Part shown: piece by piece, positions 26,730-40,382 of the stretch | Position numbering within the stretch: the first letter of the stretch is position 1 | Layout: every line of letters begins with the position of its first letter | Made by a program: the position numbers and the translations under genes | The notes under the pieces: model-generated | Told to the model about the DNA's origin: nothing | Database searches by the model: none | The model's input: only the letters and a program-made list of their open reading frames with translations | Assembly (NCBI GenBank): GCA_943704425.1 | Contig: CALSCP010001997.1 | Coordinates: 1 to 41,447, forward strand | Reading direction: 5' to 3' | Length of the DNA stretch: 41,447 nt | Origin: Ministeria vibrans ATCC 50519 | Lineage: Eukaryota; Protista; Filasterea

Positions 26730-29700
26730 GTGCGTTCGTCACTCTCCTCTTCTGATTTTTCCGGTTTCCGCTCACCTCTCCTCTCCAATCTCTTCCCATC
26801 AGGGCGATGAGTTTACGGGAGATCCCATGTCTGCGTTTGACGGTACGTTGCGGTGGCTGTTGGTTCAGGAGAGAGCTCAGTTTTGCAAAACACTGTGCAA
26901 CGTCCCATTTTCTCTTTTTATTCTTCGTTTTGGTCAAAACTTTGGATTTGGACTCAAGTTAGATCTCCAGCCGTGGGCATACGCTCTCCTTTGTTCTGGA
27001 AACAGCAGAGGATGCCTCTTCGGGCGCCCCTGGCCGTAGATCGGCTGCACTCGTCGTGTCAACACACCCACCCCCCACATACTTTTTCTTCACAGTTGTG
27101 TCCCTTTCTCTCGCGAATCCTCCCCGCATTTTCATCCCCATTGCACCGCAGCGGGCATCTACCCACCGCGGCAGCCCCTGAGCCTGTGCGAATGGGGCTC
27201 CATCGCCGATGGTTTCCCGCCGCCGCTGTTTTTGACGTGTTTGCTCACCGCTCCCGATTCTCCTCTTTGCGACCGTCTGTAGACGGAGATGACAGCTCTG
27301 CGCCTCGCTCACGCCCGGCCTCGATGACAGCGGACGCGTTGCTGCACACGACAAGCGCTGTCGCCTTTGGCGAGTCGAGTGGTACGACAGATCTTATTTT
27401 TTTTTTTTTTTTTTTTTTTTTAGCTTGTTTATTTTAATTCCCTCTTTGACAGATTTCGTTGCGGATCCGTCGGACATCGAGCTGGTGTCGAAGAATAGCA
27501 AGAAGTCTACGGCGGGTGTCCCCGACGACGACTTCATGCCGGCTCCTGGCTCGCGCATCAAGAGTGAGCCGCTGGGCGATCGCAAGGTGGACTATGTCGT
27601 TGCCTGGTCCAAGAACGAGAAGGAGGACGCTCGCGAGATGGCCTCTGCCATGCGTCAACGTTTCCTCGAGACTTGCCAAGACAAAGGTACGAGTCCAAAA
27701 ACAAACATCTGACTAAAACGTCCGCGACATGTGTTTAGGTGTCATTCTCGAGTACGATACGGACCAGGACGACGCCGTGTTTGTCAAAATGCACGTCACA
27801 TTCCGTCGTCTTTGCATTGCTGCACAGCAGAACCATTTCCGAATGCCCCTCAAGGTATGATAAACGAGTCATTATCAATCCATACAGACTCCTCTGCACA
27901 CAACGAAACGCTCACTCACTACCGCCGAAAACAAAACAACTTTCGTTTCATTCAGCCACCGGAGCAAGCAAAGAACTTTGGCACGCACCAGAAGAAAGAA
28001 TCCCACAAGTGCGTCAAGGCGCTTGCGACGTGCTGTACACCCAGTGTCGATCTCACCGAAGACGAAGGTGTTTTCTGGGCGCCCTTCTCTGTGGCGCAGA
28101 GACACCGCTTCCTCAATGTCGAAGATACCTTAAACTTCTTCTCCACCTCCCAGCGAAGTCTTTTGGTACTCGCAAACGAAAGAACTAAATACTCTTGCGT
28201 GTCGTTTCTAACGTGCCTCGTTTTCTCAGACGTACTACATTCTGAACCACATTCCGTGGGGTGAGGCGTCGCAAGTGGGTATTCCATCACTGCTGCAGGC
28301 CAATGGTTTCACGGCTTGCTACCCGCCTCATGACGGTCCCGCCGATACCTCCTATGGCGTGCGCCTCTACGACAACGACCGTCTCACCCTCGCCACGACC
28401 TGGGCCAAATTCAGCAAGATGTTCAAGTACCAGCCCTTTGAGCTCATCCGCGACTACTTTGGCGAAAAGATTGGCTTCTACTTTGTCTGGCTCGGTTTTT
28501 ACACCCGTTGGCTTATCCCCGCCGCTATTGCTGGCTTCATCGTCTTCATCTACGGTGTCTCCATTTTTTCTGACTACGTTCCTGCGTACGTTTGCTTTGT
28601 GTTTGTTTTATTTTGCTTATTCAAATATTCTCTGTGCTTAGTGAGGAGGTTTGCTCCTCAAACTACACTATCTGTGCCCCGTGCGATTCCTGTCTCAAGT
28701 TCAATCTAAGTGTAAGTCTCGTTCTAGCACTGTGCCTATCAATTTTTTTTTGTCACTTGTCTTTTTAACTGCTTTCTGTTGCACACTACTTTGTGTTCAT
28801 TCTTCTTTTTCTCTTCTTGACACATACGCTTCGCTTTGAATAGGAAACATGCAATGCCTACAAAATAGCAGCACTATTCGACAATGCCATGACCATCCCC
28901 TTTGCCATTTTTATGTCTCTTTGGGGTATGCAATACTACGATTTGACAAAGAGGCCCTTTCTCTCTCTCCGTATTGGAACCACTCACACACACACACAAT
29001 TATTTATTTATAGCTACTTTCTTTCACGAGTTCTGGAAGCGACAGAGCTCCGTTGTTGCGTTTGAATGGGACACAAGGGGCATTGAGGAAGAGGAGAAGC
29101 CGCGTCCGCAGTTCCAGCCCACTGACCGTCGTGTGTCGCCCATCACGGGTGAAATGGAAGATTATTACCCCAAGAAGAAGTTTCTCCTTCGCGTTGCCAC
29201 GTCCATGTCCGTTCTCATCATGATGGTACCCAATTAGAATGTGTTTAGTCGGTGACTTTTTTTTTTTGGGATTTCTCAGACTTACCCTTTCCTCCTTAGT
29301 TGATGGTTGTCATCATTGTTGTAATCGCTGTCATCATCTATCGTCTTGCCATCCGTGTGCTTCTCTACGAGGCAGATCCCGATGGGCTTGTGGGCCAGAA
29401 CTCGCCTATCATCACGTCTATCACTGCAGCCATTATCAACTTGGTGTTCATTCTCATTCTCAACATTGTCTACCGCAAGATGGCTTTCAAGCTCAACGAT
29501 TGGGGTATCAGTGATTAATAATTCAATGTAACTTTTTTTACTGTGCGCTTCCTGTAGAAAACCATCGCACGGAAACCGAGTGGGAAGACAACCTCATCTT
29601 CAAAGTGTACCTCTTCCAGTTTGTCAACACCGTAAGTGTTTTATAATGATAATAATTAATAATTATTATTATTAATTTTATGTTATTATAACTTCTTATT

Positions 29701-31030
29701 ATTGATATTCTTTGCTTGTTTTTTTCTTCATTTTAGTACGCAAGCATTGCCTACATTGCGTTTTTTAAGGGCAAGTTTATTGGCTCGCCCAACCAATGGG
29801 ACAACATTCTTGGTGTGCGTCTTTCGCAATGTCCCCCTCAAGGGTATGTGACAGTATCTTTTGGTGTGTACGCAGATTACTCATCGTTGTGTGCTGGTAG
29901 ATGCATGACGGAACTCGCTATTCAGCTTGCCATTGTCATGGTGGGCAAGCAAGTCATTGGCAACATTGTCGAAATGGTCATTCCGTAAGAAATGTGATTG
30001 TGCACAGCTATTTAGTTTTCCTCTTTCTCATCGACGAATGTGTTAGTGCTCTGAAGAAGTGTTGCAAGAAGCGTGATTTGGGCGTCGCTGATGCTAACGA
30101 TGCGGGTCAGTACGAGCGTGACTACGGTCTTCTTGAGTTCTCCGGTCTCTTTGGCGAGTACCTTGAAATGAGTACGTAGAAAAAAAAAACGTTCTCTCGC
30201 ACCGTTGCTCACTTCTTCCTCTCACTATTTTTCTTTTTGTGCTCGCAGTTTTGCAGCTGGGATTCATCACACTGTTCGTCGCTGCGTTTCCTCTTGCGCC
30301 TCTGTTTGCGCTGCTCAACAACCTCTTTGAGATTCGTCTTGATGCCAAGAAACTTATCTTCCAGGAGCGTCGTCCGCCAGCTCTGCGTGCCGAAGATGTT
30401 GGTAATGCCATCTCGCTCCTTTTTTTTCGTTTGTGTTTCATGAAATTAAAATGTTTTGTATGAAGGCACTTGGGAGCACATTATTGCTGCACTGGGTGTC
30501 ATGGCGGTCATCACGAACGCTTTTATCATTGGCTTCACTTCTGAGGTCATTGATCGAATTCTTTACGAAGACAAATATGGCTCGCTCAATGGTACGCCAC
30601 AAAACACGTATTATGAGTTTTTGTAAATGTTTTTTTAATGACTGGATTGCTATTGTTGTGCAGGCTACATTGAGCACCAGTTTGCATTCTCGCCTCTCGA
30701 CTGCGCGACACAACCCACGACGCGCAACTGCGACTGCTACTACAAAGGCTACCGCGATAGCGCCGGAAACTACTCTTCCTACCACTACGAGCTGCTCGCT
30801 GCCCGTCTGGGCTTCATTGTCGTCTTTGAACACGTCATCTTCCTTCTCAAGGCCTTTGTTGCCTTCCTTGTGCCCGTACGTTGCATGTACCGTGAATTTT
30901 GTTCTCATGGCATGTTCTTTGTAGGATGTACCCTCAAGCGTTCAACGTGCCATTTTGCGCGAAGAGTACATGGGTGATCTTGCACTTGGTGTCACGTACG
31001 ACTCGGACGCCGAAGATATTGAAGATTTTT

Positions 31031-31032
<2 letters not shown>
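26652..31032 (+). CDS. ANO: Anoctamin/TMEM16 (Ca2+-activated channel or scramblase), many exons; 5' exons less certain
   Basis: [85 protein letters not shown] (Ca2+-site acidic residues present), VFEH, PDVP; stop TAG 31030-31032. Confidence 0.95.
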
Positions 31033-31153
<121 letters not shown>

Positions 31154-31275
31154 GATTGAGAGGAAGAGCGATAGATACAACACAATTTTTAACCAATACC
31201 CAGACATATTAATAATAATAATAATAATAAATTAGTATAATAATTATTATTAATATAGTTTTATTATTAGTATTA

Positions 31276-31310
<35 letters not shown>

Positions 31311-31419
31311 TTTATTATTGTTATTTTTATTATTATTTTTTTTATTATTGTTATTATTATTCTCCATTAATAATTATTCCATTTCTTTTTTTGTTTATTT
31401 AAATCGTTTTCTCTTTGAA

Positions 31420-32637
31420 TCACTGGTCGCGGTATCGCTTACAGGATGGCTGGGGCGGTGCACTGTGAGACTCAGTATGCTCTGACGGCTGTGCGGCCTG
31501 AGCCACAGTCGCATTGATCTTGTTGAACTGCCACGGCCAGCGGGTGTTCATGAGGAAGGGTCGCAGGTCAAAGCGGTTGTCGTCGTTGCCGTATGCCTCG
31601 GCATGGTACGACGGCGTCAGCGTCGTCATTTTGTGTCGATTGATGGCGTATCGTCGGAAAAAGTGCTGCACCTACACGAATCAAGTGTGGAATAGTGCAA
31701 AAATGGATTAGAAATAATTTTCCATGCACTATTTGGGTACCTTTTCGGCGATAACGGAGGGCGAGAGAGAGTCGCGCCAGCGCGAGCATAGCGACACAAA
31801 CATCGAGTAAGGACCCATGCGTTCAATCTTGCGCAGACGACCAAAGAGCGACAGTTCCTGATACGTCATGCCCATGTCCTCTTCGTCCGTCTGCACATGC
31901 TCGTCTGTGGTTGGCTCAAGCTCCGCTGTTGGTGGTGCCGCAAGAAACTACAAAAGCAAGAAAAAACAAAACAAAAACACAAAAGCAAGTCAACTATCGC
32001 ACTGGTGGGTGTCTTTGTAGTGTTTGCGTATGTGTTTTGATATGCTCTTGTGCATTACCTCGTCGAGTAACGGAAATTTGAGGACTTGTGCTGTGTGTTC
32101 GATAAAGGCAAACAAGTCGCTTTTGGAGAGTCCTCCAATGGGGTTGAGGTCGGCACTGGAACAGTCATACTTGGTGAGATAGCCACAGAGACTCTCGTCC
32201 ATGTTGGCCGAGCCCAGTACCAGTAGAGAGCGCGACGTGGTACGCGAGTTGACCAATTGAGCAAATAGATAGGCAACGACCATGCGGCAGCGTGCCTAGA
32301 CAGCAAAGAGCAGACGATGACTTTGACGAAAAAGAAAGTACAATTGGTACCTGCACATTCTGAAGGGCAAGATTCTCGGCGTCCGAGGTGCCTCCAAGCG
32401 CCTTGAATTTGGGCACAATGCCTGTGGCGGCTGTGATGACTGACACAATCGCCGATACGGCCGTGTCAATGACCACGCTGTGGTGACGGGCACCCAGAGT
32501 CTGCGCAAGCTGACGTGCTCGCTCCCGCGTGGCCTCACCGCTGTTCTCCGTCGCCATGTACGCCGTGAATAGCAGATGACTAAGGGCAAGAAGTGGACAA
32601 ATGAGAGGTACGCGTGCGTGTATGTGTATATGTATGC

Positions 32638-32679
<42 letters not shown>

Positions 32680-34862
32680 ATGAGTGTTGTGTGCTCACCT
32701 GCAAAGGTCTTGAGGAGATGATGGGACATATTCGGGAAGTCCAGTGATGGTTTGAACGTCGCTCAAGGCAGTTTCATCTGTGTGTAGAAATATAATCGAG
32801 AGTAAATGACTATACGATTATGTATTCGCGTACTGCCCGACTTGATCGCGTCACACACCATACGACACATGTGGAAGACGATGCATGCAGTTGCGCAGCT
32901 GTCGACCCCTAAAACAACGTCCGTATTTGAGTCATTGCTTGCTTGACATTGTGTGTGTGTGTGTGTGTGTGTGTTTTATTTATTTATTTTTTTTATTTTT
33001 TAGTATTACCGCCGCTGAGAGGGAGAAAGAAGCCGGAGAGACGCGAGCGACGAAGGTAGTCCCAGAGCCACAAAGCAGGACCCATGCTTGAAAAGGCTTG
33101 TAAGCAGAAAGCACAGTAGAGTAGATGAGATGAGAAGCAAGAAACTCACCTGATCTCAGCGGGAGCCGAGTGGAAGAAAGGCTCAATGGGACGTGTGGGG
33201 AAGGGCAGGAAGAGCGAGGAGCAAACTACGAAGGAACAAGGAAGAACCATCAATGCGGTTACGGTAAGAGGTATTGTAAATACGTCCGAGGAATTGGTCG
33301 TGGTGGACTCGCGGGAGTTGTTTGCTGTGTGTGTGAAGGGACGCAGCCTGCACACCCGCACTGATTTGACTGCCACGGTACGACCTAGGGAGACACAGGG
33401 GGGCAAACAGAGATAGAGATCGAGACAGAGAAAATAAATAGGGAGTGAGTGCGTATGGTTTGCTGCACCCCAGAATTCTGACCGGACTGCGTCAAGGTCG
33501 ACAATGGCCGAGATGACTTCGCACTCAGTCACACAAAACTGGCGGCCTTGAGCCACGACACTGCCGTTGACGGCAATGAGACAGCACCCGTCGTAGTACA
33601 CCCGCTCTCCATCGCATCCTTTGCAGTTGGCGTACAAGTACACACCACCACACTATAAATACAGAGAGTTCAACTTTCAACTACACATACACACATACAC
33701 ACAACGACAAGGGAAAAGGTACTTTAGCAGTGGCTGAGCGCAGCAAATCCACTCGGTAGTGCAGCTTGCGCAGTTCGTGATGACTTGCACTTCCATTGCT
33801 GATAATCTCAACTCCTCCAAGTGCCATGCCAATGTGTGGGCTAACCATAGAGATGAGAGGGAGAGAAAAAAAGAGAGAGAAAGAGAGGTAAGTCCGTGGT
33901 CGATTGTGCATGTGGACAGGATCCAGGCCTTACCTTTCGGGAGTGAAGAGCTCTTCGCACGTCTCTGAGCCGATGCACGTGTCGCGCGTTTGCAACACGC
34001 AGTCGCCAAAGGGAACATGTACCTGAACCAAAGTTGACCTCGGCACGTCAATAACATCATTCGAAATGCAAACTTTACCTGTCCTGCGATCGATTGGATA
34101 AATGGTGGCAGAATGGTCTCTTCTGACTCGCTACAGATAAAAACAACAAGATCAGTGCCAGTGATACATGCAAAGCGCGTACCCCCTTCGCATCCAAGGG
34201 ATAAACCAGCGCGACTCGCGGTAGTTGCCTATATATGAACCACAATTAGTGCACTCGCTTGAGCGCGGAGGAGTGACCTACCGCCCATCGCCATGCACAT
34301 TTTGGGGCGAATCAGAAGAATCTTGTTGTCGCTGATGAGCACACGGCAATTGTACCGGACATTTTGATGCATAACAGGCCTACAGACAGCGGACGAATGC
34401 ACCGGCGGCGCAGCTCAGCCACGAGAAGAGTCTCTCTCGGGATGTGCTTACATGCCAATGTCGCAGATCATGCCCTCGGCTACGCGGTCGCGTAGCAGCT
34501 TCGCCATGACCTCCCATGCGTGAAGAAGAGTGTCGTTTTCGAAGAAGAAGTCGCCGCAGCCGTAGCCTGTAATCTGAGGATGGGCTGTGAGTGACTGCTG
34601 CAGTTCACGTCAAACCCGAAATACCTCCAACTCCGGTCCAAGACGGTACGACGCGCCAAGTTTTCGTGACTCAAGAATACCTATTCGCATGTGTGAGTCG
34701 CTGGGCGAGGCAGGCGCAGCGCGGTGCAACCGAGACGATGTGTGCATGATCGACAGATCAGCGGAACTGTTTACTTTGACGGATGAGTCGTTCGTTGTGC
34801 TCAAAGTCCATAGCGAACTGGTTGAGGCTGCAAACCGACACGGTCACAAGTGAAGATGCCAT
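31420..34862 (-). CDS. NADSYN1: Glutamine-dependent NAD(+) synthetase, many short introns
   Basis: [61 protein letters not shown]|[12 protein letters not shown]|[57 protein letters not shown]. Confidence 0.96.
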
Positions 34863-35230
34863 ATTAAGTACTCGGGGGACAAGAAATAAAAATATTAATT
34901 CTAAATGTGAAATTGTGAATAATTGTTATTGAATTATTATGGGATTTTGATTTCTTTTGTTTTGTAATACAGGCACAATTAATTATTAAAATTGATAGTC
35001 TTTTTATTGGTGCTATTATCAGTGATATGACTGATATCACAACCAAAATTCTTAGAAGAGGAGCACATAATTATACATAATTATAATTATGTACTCCTCG
35101 TAATTATTATATTAATTTCAATTTTCAACTATAAACAAAAATGGACAAATACAAACAGCTATTTAGTTATTTGTTAACATTTGCGATCCTGAACCTTTTC
35201 CAAACAACGATGTCTGTGCTCTCTGTTCAT

Positions 35231-35986
35231 TTAATCGTTCTTCTCATCTTTGGGCAGCACAGCGCGCGCGGCGTTGACTCCAGGCCAGTAGCGAGTGTCG
35301 CAAATGTAATCCCACCAGCCCCAGTAGAGACCAAAGTTGTACGCCTTGAAGTGGTGGTGTCCCTGCACATGGTTGTTGAGGTCTCCGGCGCGTCCGTCAT
35401 GCGCTGCAATGGCAAAAACGGACGTGAGGAAGCCAAACATCCCCGCGACTGCTTGAGGCTGCAACGCAAGACAAGTGCAGTGAGGGTGTGTGTGTTGCGT
35501 GGTTGTTGAGCCAGCACGTAGCTCAATTTGGCAGAGAACTGGTTTACCATAGGGCATATCAAGAGTGCGGTGACGTGTGGCAGTGGACCCTGAAATACTG
35601 CTTCAATGGGATGCACTGCAATCAAAATGCGAATGTCATAAGTATATAATAATGTAGATTGAGCTGTTTCGCCGCACCTGCATCCTGACAAAAGGCCGTG
35701 GGGTTCAGGAATTGGTGGTGATGGCGATGAATGTGCCACCTGTATAGATGACGGAAAAAAAGGGGGGTAGGATTCGTATAGGCGACAACATAGAATGAAT
35801 GACACGTACCAAAAGTTGAATGGTTTGGTAATGTGAAGAAACCTGACAGAGAACACACACACACACATTGTTAAAAAAAGAGAAGAACGAGACATGCCGG
35901 TTGTTTAGGATATATTGCATGCATACCGATGGCTCCAGTAGAAGAATGTGTCCATCCTACGGGTCGGAGTTAACACATTTCAAAGG

Positions 35987-36076
<90 letters not shown>

Positions 36077-36378
36077 GGAGAAAGAAACAAAGTGATAGAG
36101 AANNNNNNNNNNNNNNNNNNNNNNNNNNNNNNNNNNNNNNNNNNNNNNNNNNNNNNNNNNNNNNNNNNNNNNNNNNNNNNNNNNNNNNNNNNNNNNNNNN
36201 NNNNNNNNNNNNNNNNNNNNNNNNNNNNNNNNNNNNNNNNNNNNNNNNNNNNNNNNNNNNNNNNNNNNNNNNNNNNNNNNNNNNNNNNNNNNNNNNNNNN
36301 NNNNNNNNNNNNNNNNNNNNNNNNNNNNNNNNNNNNNNNNNNNNNNNNNNNNNNNNNNNNNNNNNNNNNNNNNNNNNN

Positions 36379-36431
<53 letters not shown>

Positions 36432-37001
36432 TACCAGAAGAAGTAGACACCAGCATTGACCAAGAACCACGACAAGGAGTACTCGTGCGTGTCAAAGTAC
36501 TTGTAGAAGTGCGTGTACGGCTCGACAAACCACGTGTACAGCGAGATGAAGATGATGATTGAAACTGAGAGGAGCACAACAAACAAACAAACACTAAGAC
36601 AAAAACGAAAAACACCCGTCCCATCCACGTACCAAGCGCAACCAGCCCCAATTCAATCTCCTTGCGACGCCACTTTGCTCGCTCCTCGGTGAGCTCCGAC
36701 GCATCGCGCCCAGAGAACTCCAGACCGCTCGCAACGCCAAAGTAGGTCAGAATGTAAAACAGCGTTAAAAAGGTCGTCTACGCGAATGAGGCGAGCGCAT
36801 GAGTGGACAACACGCTCTTGGCCAGAGCACATGCTGACGCACCTTGATGACAAAGTCGTTGGGTCCCTCGATGAAAAGGTACTGGCGAGTGACATCTTTC
36901 ATTGTCACAAGCGCTGCGTCGCTCTGGCTTGCAAACAGGCAGAGAAGCCCCACCGCCTTGATCAGAACGTTAAGCGCCACGCTGATCTTTGTTGTTGTCA
37001 T
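35231..37001 (-). CDS. Fatty acid hydroxylase / sterol desaturase superfamily enzyme (ERG3/SC5D-like), multi-exon, spans an N gap in an intron
   Basis: Histidine boxes after splicing: DTFFYWSHR|FLH, WHIHRHHH, VHPIEA, AAHDG, HVQGHHH..YNFGLYWGWWDYICDT; several hydrophobic segments. Confidence 0.85.
35991..36429. repeat. (GA)n microsatellite and minisatellite unit flanking an assembly gap (N 36103-36378)
   Basis: GA runs on both sides of the gap, plus a GGAGGGAGAAAGAAACAAAGTGAT unit at 36073-36096. Confidence 0.9.
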
Positions 37002-37164
37002 GTTGCAGATGAATTGGATTGAATTGGAATTTTTTTTGGGAAATGTGATTGATATTCTCAAATTATTGTTGTACAAATAAATTTCACCTCACAGTTTCAG
37101 TTTGGTGTCTCACTTGGTGTGCGCCGGACCCCAAGCAGTGATCCCGAAGAAAAAAGTGATGCTA

Positions 37165-40030
37165 TTAATGTGAACATGCATCGGGTTCCGACAAGACATT
37201 GTTGTTGTAGGGTGTCGCGATCACTTGAAATGATGTCAAAGGAACGCGCGCAGACACAGTGAGCGCACGGTGCGAGTGAGGCATCAGGCTAATGAAATTG
37301 TCGCTCCAGAAGAGCGGCAGAGGGGGACTACTTGCTCTGCCTGTGTCATGCAGGCCAAGCTCGACAAAGAAGGCAACGTGATCGGTTGGGTTCGACACGA
37401 CAAAGGAGAGGGTGTTGGGGAGTGACGGATTCGCCGAGGTGTTGGTGAGCACCGCAACGGCCGGCAGGTGGTGTGTGAGCGCCGTGAGATCGGCATACGC
37501 CTTGAGAGGCGTACGGTAAAAGTTGCTTGCGGACCAATCGAGACGATCGGGCTCGGGCGCAAACCAGTAGGTATTGACCGAGAGGAGTGCGCCAGTCACA
37601 TCCGAACCTGCATGCACTTCGAGATGCACAAAGAAGACGGTGTTGAGTTGATGACCGTACACGTCAAAGGGAAAGACGGCAAATGCAGAGCTGCCGGCCA
37701 CGTGATCGATAGTGGTGGACACAGAGCGGACTAGCTCACCGGTGAGTCGACGCAGCTGTGCACTAACATGGACAGGCGTCGAGTGGGCACTCACAAGCGC
37801 ATTGACAAGCCACACGCTCGCATTGTGATCGTCGGGTGCATAGACGAGATGCAGCGGCTCGTTCGCCAAGCGCGCCGCAAAAAAGGTCGCCTGTGGGAAA
37901 AGGTAGTAATCATAGAGATGCCAGAGACCAGACGGATACGCCGAGTTGAGCATCCACTGAATGACACCGGTAGCAGTGGTAGCACGGTTGCGCGAGTAGG
38001 CTTCGAAAAGCGCCCGATGCGACTCGTACGTGGCCAGTTGAGCCATGGCGGTGTACAGCTGGGCCGAGCCGGGCGCGGATGCGGAGGGGGTTGCCTCTGA
38101 ATGGTTGAAATAGCGACGCAGCAGAGGGGGAGTGAAGAATCGCAAGTTGTAGAAGAGACCCGCCGGATTGCCCATGTGTGCACTCCACTCGACGTCCATT
38201 GAGCCGTCGCTGCTCCATTCATGTGCGGCGCTCACAGTAGCTCGTAACGACGACAGAGCAAGAGGATTCTCGCCTGGTCCACCCTACACGGTAGAAAGCA
38301 ATTTGTATTAGATTATAGTTTTGCGATGGGCGCGGCACACGTTGCATCACCTCACTGAGAAACCCCCATCCACCACCAAGGGCGGTTGTTGTTTGTGTGT
38401 CGTCAAAAAAATATCGCGGCGGTACATAGCTGTAAGGACCGGACATTTTGAGGCCGGACGGCCCGAGAAGAGGCGATGTGCGATTGGACGCAGAGCAGAT
38501 GGACGGGACGGGCCATTGCTCGTCGTGGGCGACGGCAAGAAACGCCTGCTCAACAGCCAGAGGTGGACGCTCGTCACTGCCGTACAGGAAGGCCAGTGCA
38601 CTCGGGTGAATACGCAAACGCTTGAAAAAAAAAAAGAAGAAAAAAAAAACCAAACGTCATATAAACTATTACATTGGTAGGAGACAATTATCGTCATTAA
38701 CACTTACGCGCATTTGAGTTCGGAGCGATTCAGTTGCAATGTGAAGGGTTGCATTGGACCAATGACTCCAGTGTTGCCATGCGTCGCAGCAGGCCCAACC
38801 AGCCATGGCGAGCAGGCCGAGTCGATCGCATGTGTCGAAGAAGGAGTCAGGCGGCATTTTGCCTTCGAGACGCACTGTGTTGAGGTTCATGAAGCGCACA
38901 TAGTCAAGCTCGTCGCGCTCGCGCTGCTCGTCATGCCGAAGGAAAATGTCGGGAGTCCAACCAGCGCCGGCAATAAGCAGGCGTTGTCCGTTGATGAGGA
39001 AGTAGCGATTGCCCATCGAATCGAGAGCAGACGAGACTGTGCGCAGACCAAAAGTGGTCGACACACGATTGCTCAGGGCAGACGTAGCACCCTCTTCGGT
39101 AGCGTAGGCTGTGAGCAAATGGAGTGTTGCATTGCCCATTTGCCAGGGCCACCACAGCTGTGGGGCATTCACCAGGAGATTCGACTGTACCACGACAAGC
39201 TGATCAAATTCGGCGCTGAGCGACATGGGCGATGAGACAAGCGGTGTGGCAGAGAGCACCGAGGACTCAACACGAATGGTCACCGGCAAAGAAAAGGCCT
39301 GACTTCCAGGACGACGTACACGCACTGCAACGTCAACGAGGACCGAGCCATTTGCAAAGAGTTCTCTTGTGTGCACAAGTGGATCAGCGACAATGATACC
39401 AGCAGGAGTGCACTCGAGGGTTACGTCTCGCCACAGACCCATGGATGCGTCGGCGGGAGGAGGATTCCAGTCAATAAAGGACAGTGCCAAGTCGGTGTCG
39501 TTGTTGTTTGGGGGGAACGCTCGATCGTGCGGTGGACGAAGGCGAAACAGCACACGTTGCTGCGACAGGGCACTATCAACAGCAAAGTCAAAATACCGAA
39601 AGGTGCCGACCACGTCACCACGATGGGCAACGCGGTGTCCATTGAGCCAAACGTCCGCACTGTACGTGATGCCTTTGGCCACGAGACGGCACTCGCTGGC
39701 GTCGACTGGCCCGTCAAAGTCAGCCACAAACAACCAGTCTTCTCTGAAGCGATTCGACGTGATTCGCTCCAAGTTGCGTGCGTACAGTGGCCGATAGTAT
39801 TCAGAGGTCGCATTGTCGACGTTTGCAGCGACAAGAGCAGCCAGAACGGTAGAAGGCACGCGAGCGCGCGTGAATTCCGTTGCGGGGAGCGTAAAGTTGC
39901 GTCTTGACACCACATCCAGTGGTTCCGATGTCGCCGACAGCGGCGCGATCTGGAACTCGGTGATTCTCCTTGCAGAAACCGTGCTCTGGGTCGACAAAGC
40001 GAGCACGACGATGATGTATGCGACGAGCAT
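37165..40030 (-). CDS. Secreted GH2 exo-beta-D-glucosaminidase (CsxA-like exo-chitosanase), three exons
   Basis: Signal peptide MLVAYIIVVLALST; SFIDWNPPPAD.SMGLWRDV, LWWPWQMG, LNTVRLEGK, GWACCDAWQ, HPSALAFLYGSD (acid/base Asp), KMSGPYSYVPP, GFLSE (nucleophile Glu), TGVIQWMLN, WSDNFISL. Confidence 0.88.
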
Positions 40031-40382
40031 GATCAGAGAGAGAAAAATAAGAGTGAATAAAAATTAAAAAAAAAAAAATCTACGTGATCTACACGCCAAA
40101 CTGGAGGTAAGTATATATCTCTGGAGCACATAGCGCGCAACTCTTATACATGTTGTGTTTCATTTATGATCATCTGCACTATGTCGTTCAGGCGCTGTTC
40201 AGTGAGCATCCCGCTGTGGCAAGTTCCGTGAGGACGTTCTTCCAGAACACAAAATGAAAATGAAATAACAGTTGAGTGATGTGTGCCACAGAGTGACAGG
40301 AACCGAGCAGTACATAATCTTACTTCGTTTCGTACCACTTAGGTTTCAACGTAAACAGGGTTTCAAATTTAATGTGATATTT

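Noticed and set aside
35948-36651. ORFs containing long X, ER or SL runs
   Set aside because: Artefacts of (GA)n repeats and the N gap within a desaturase intron.
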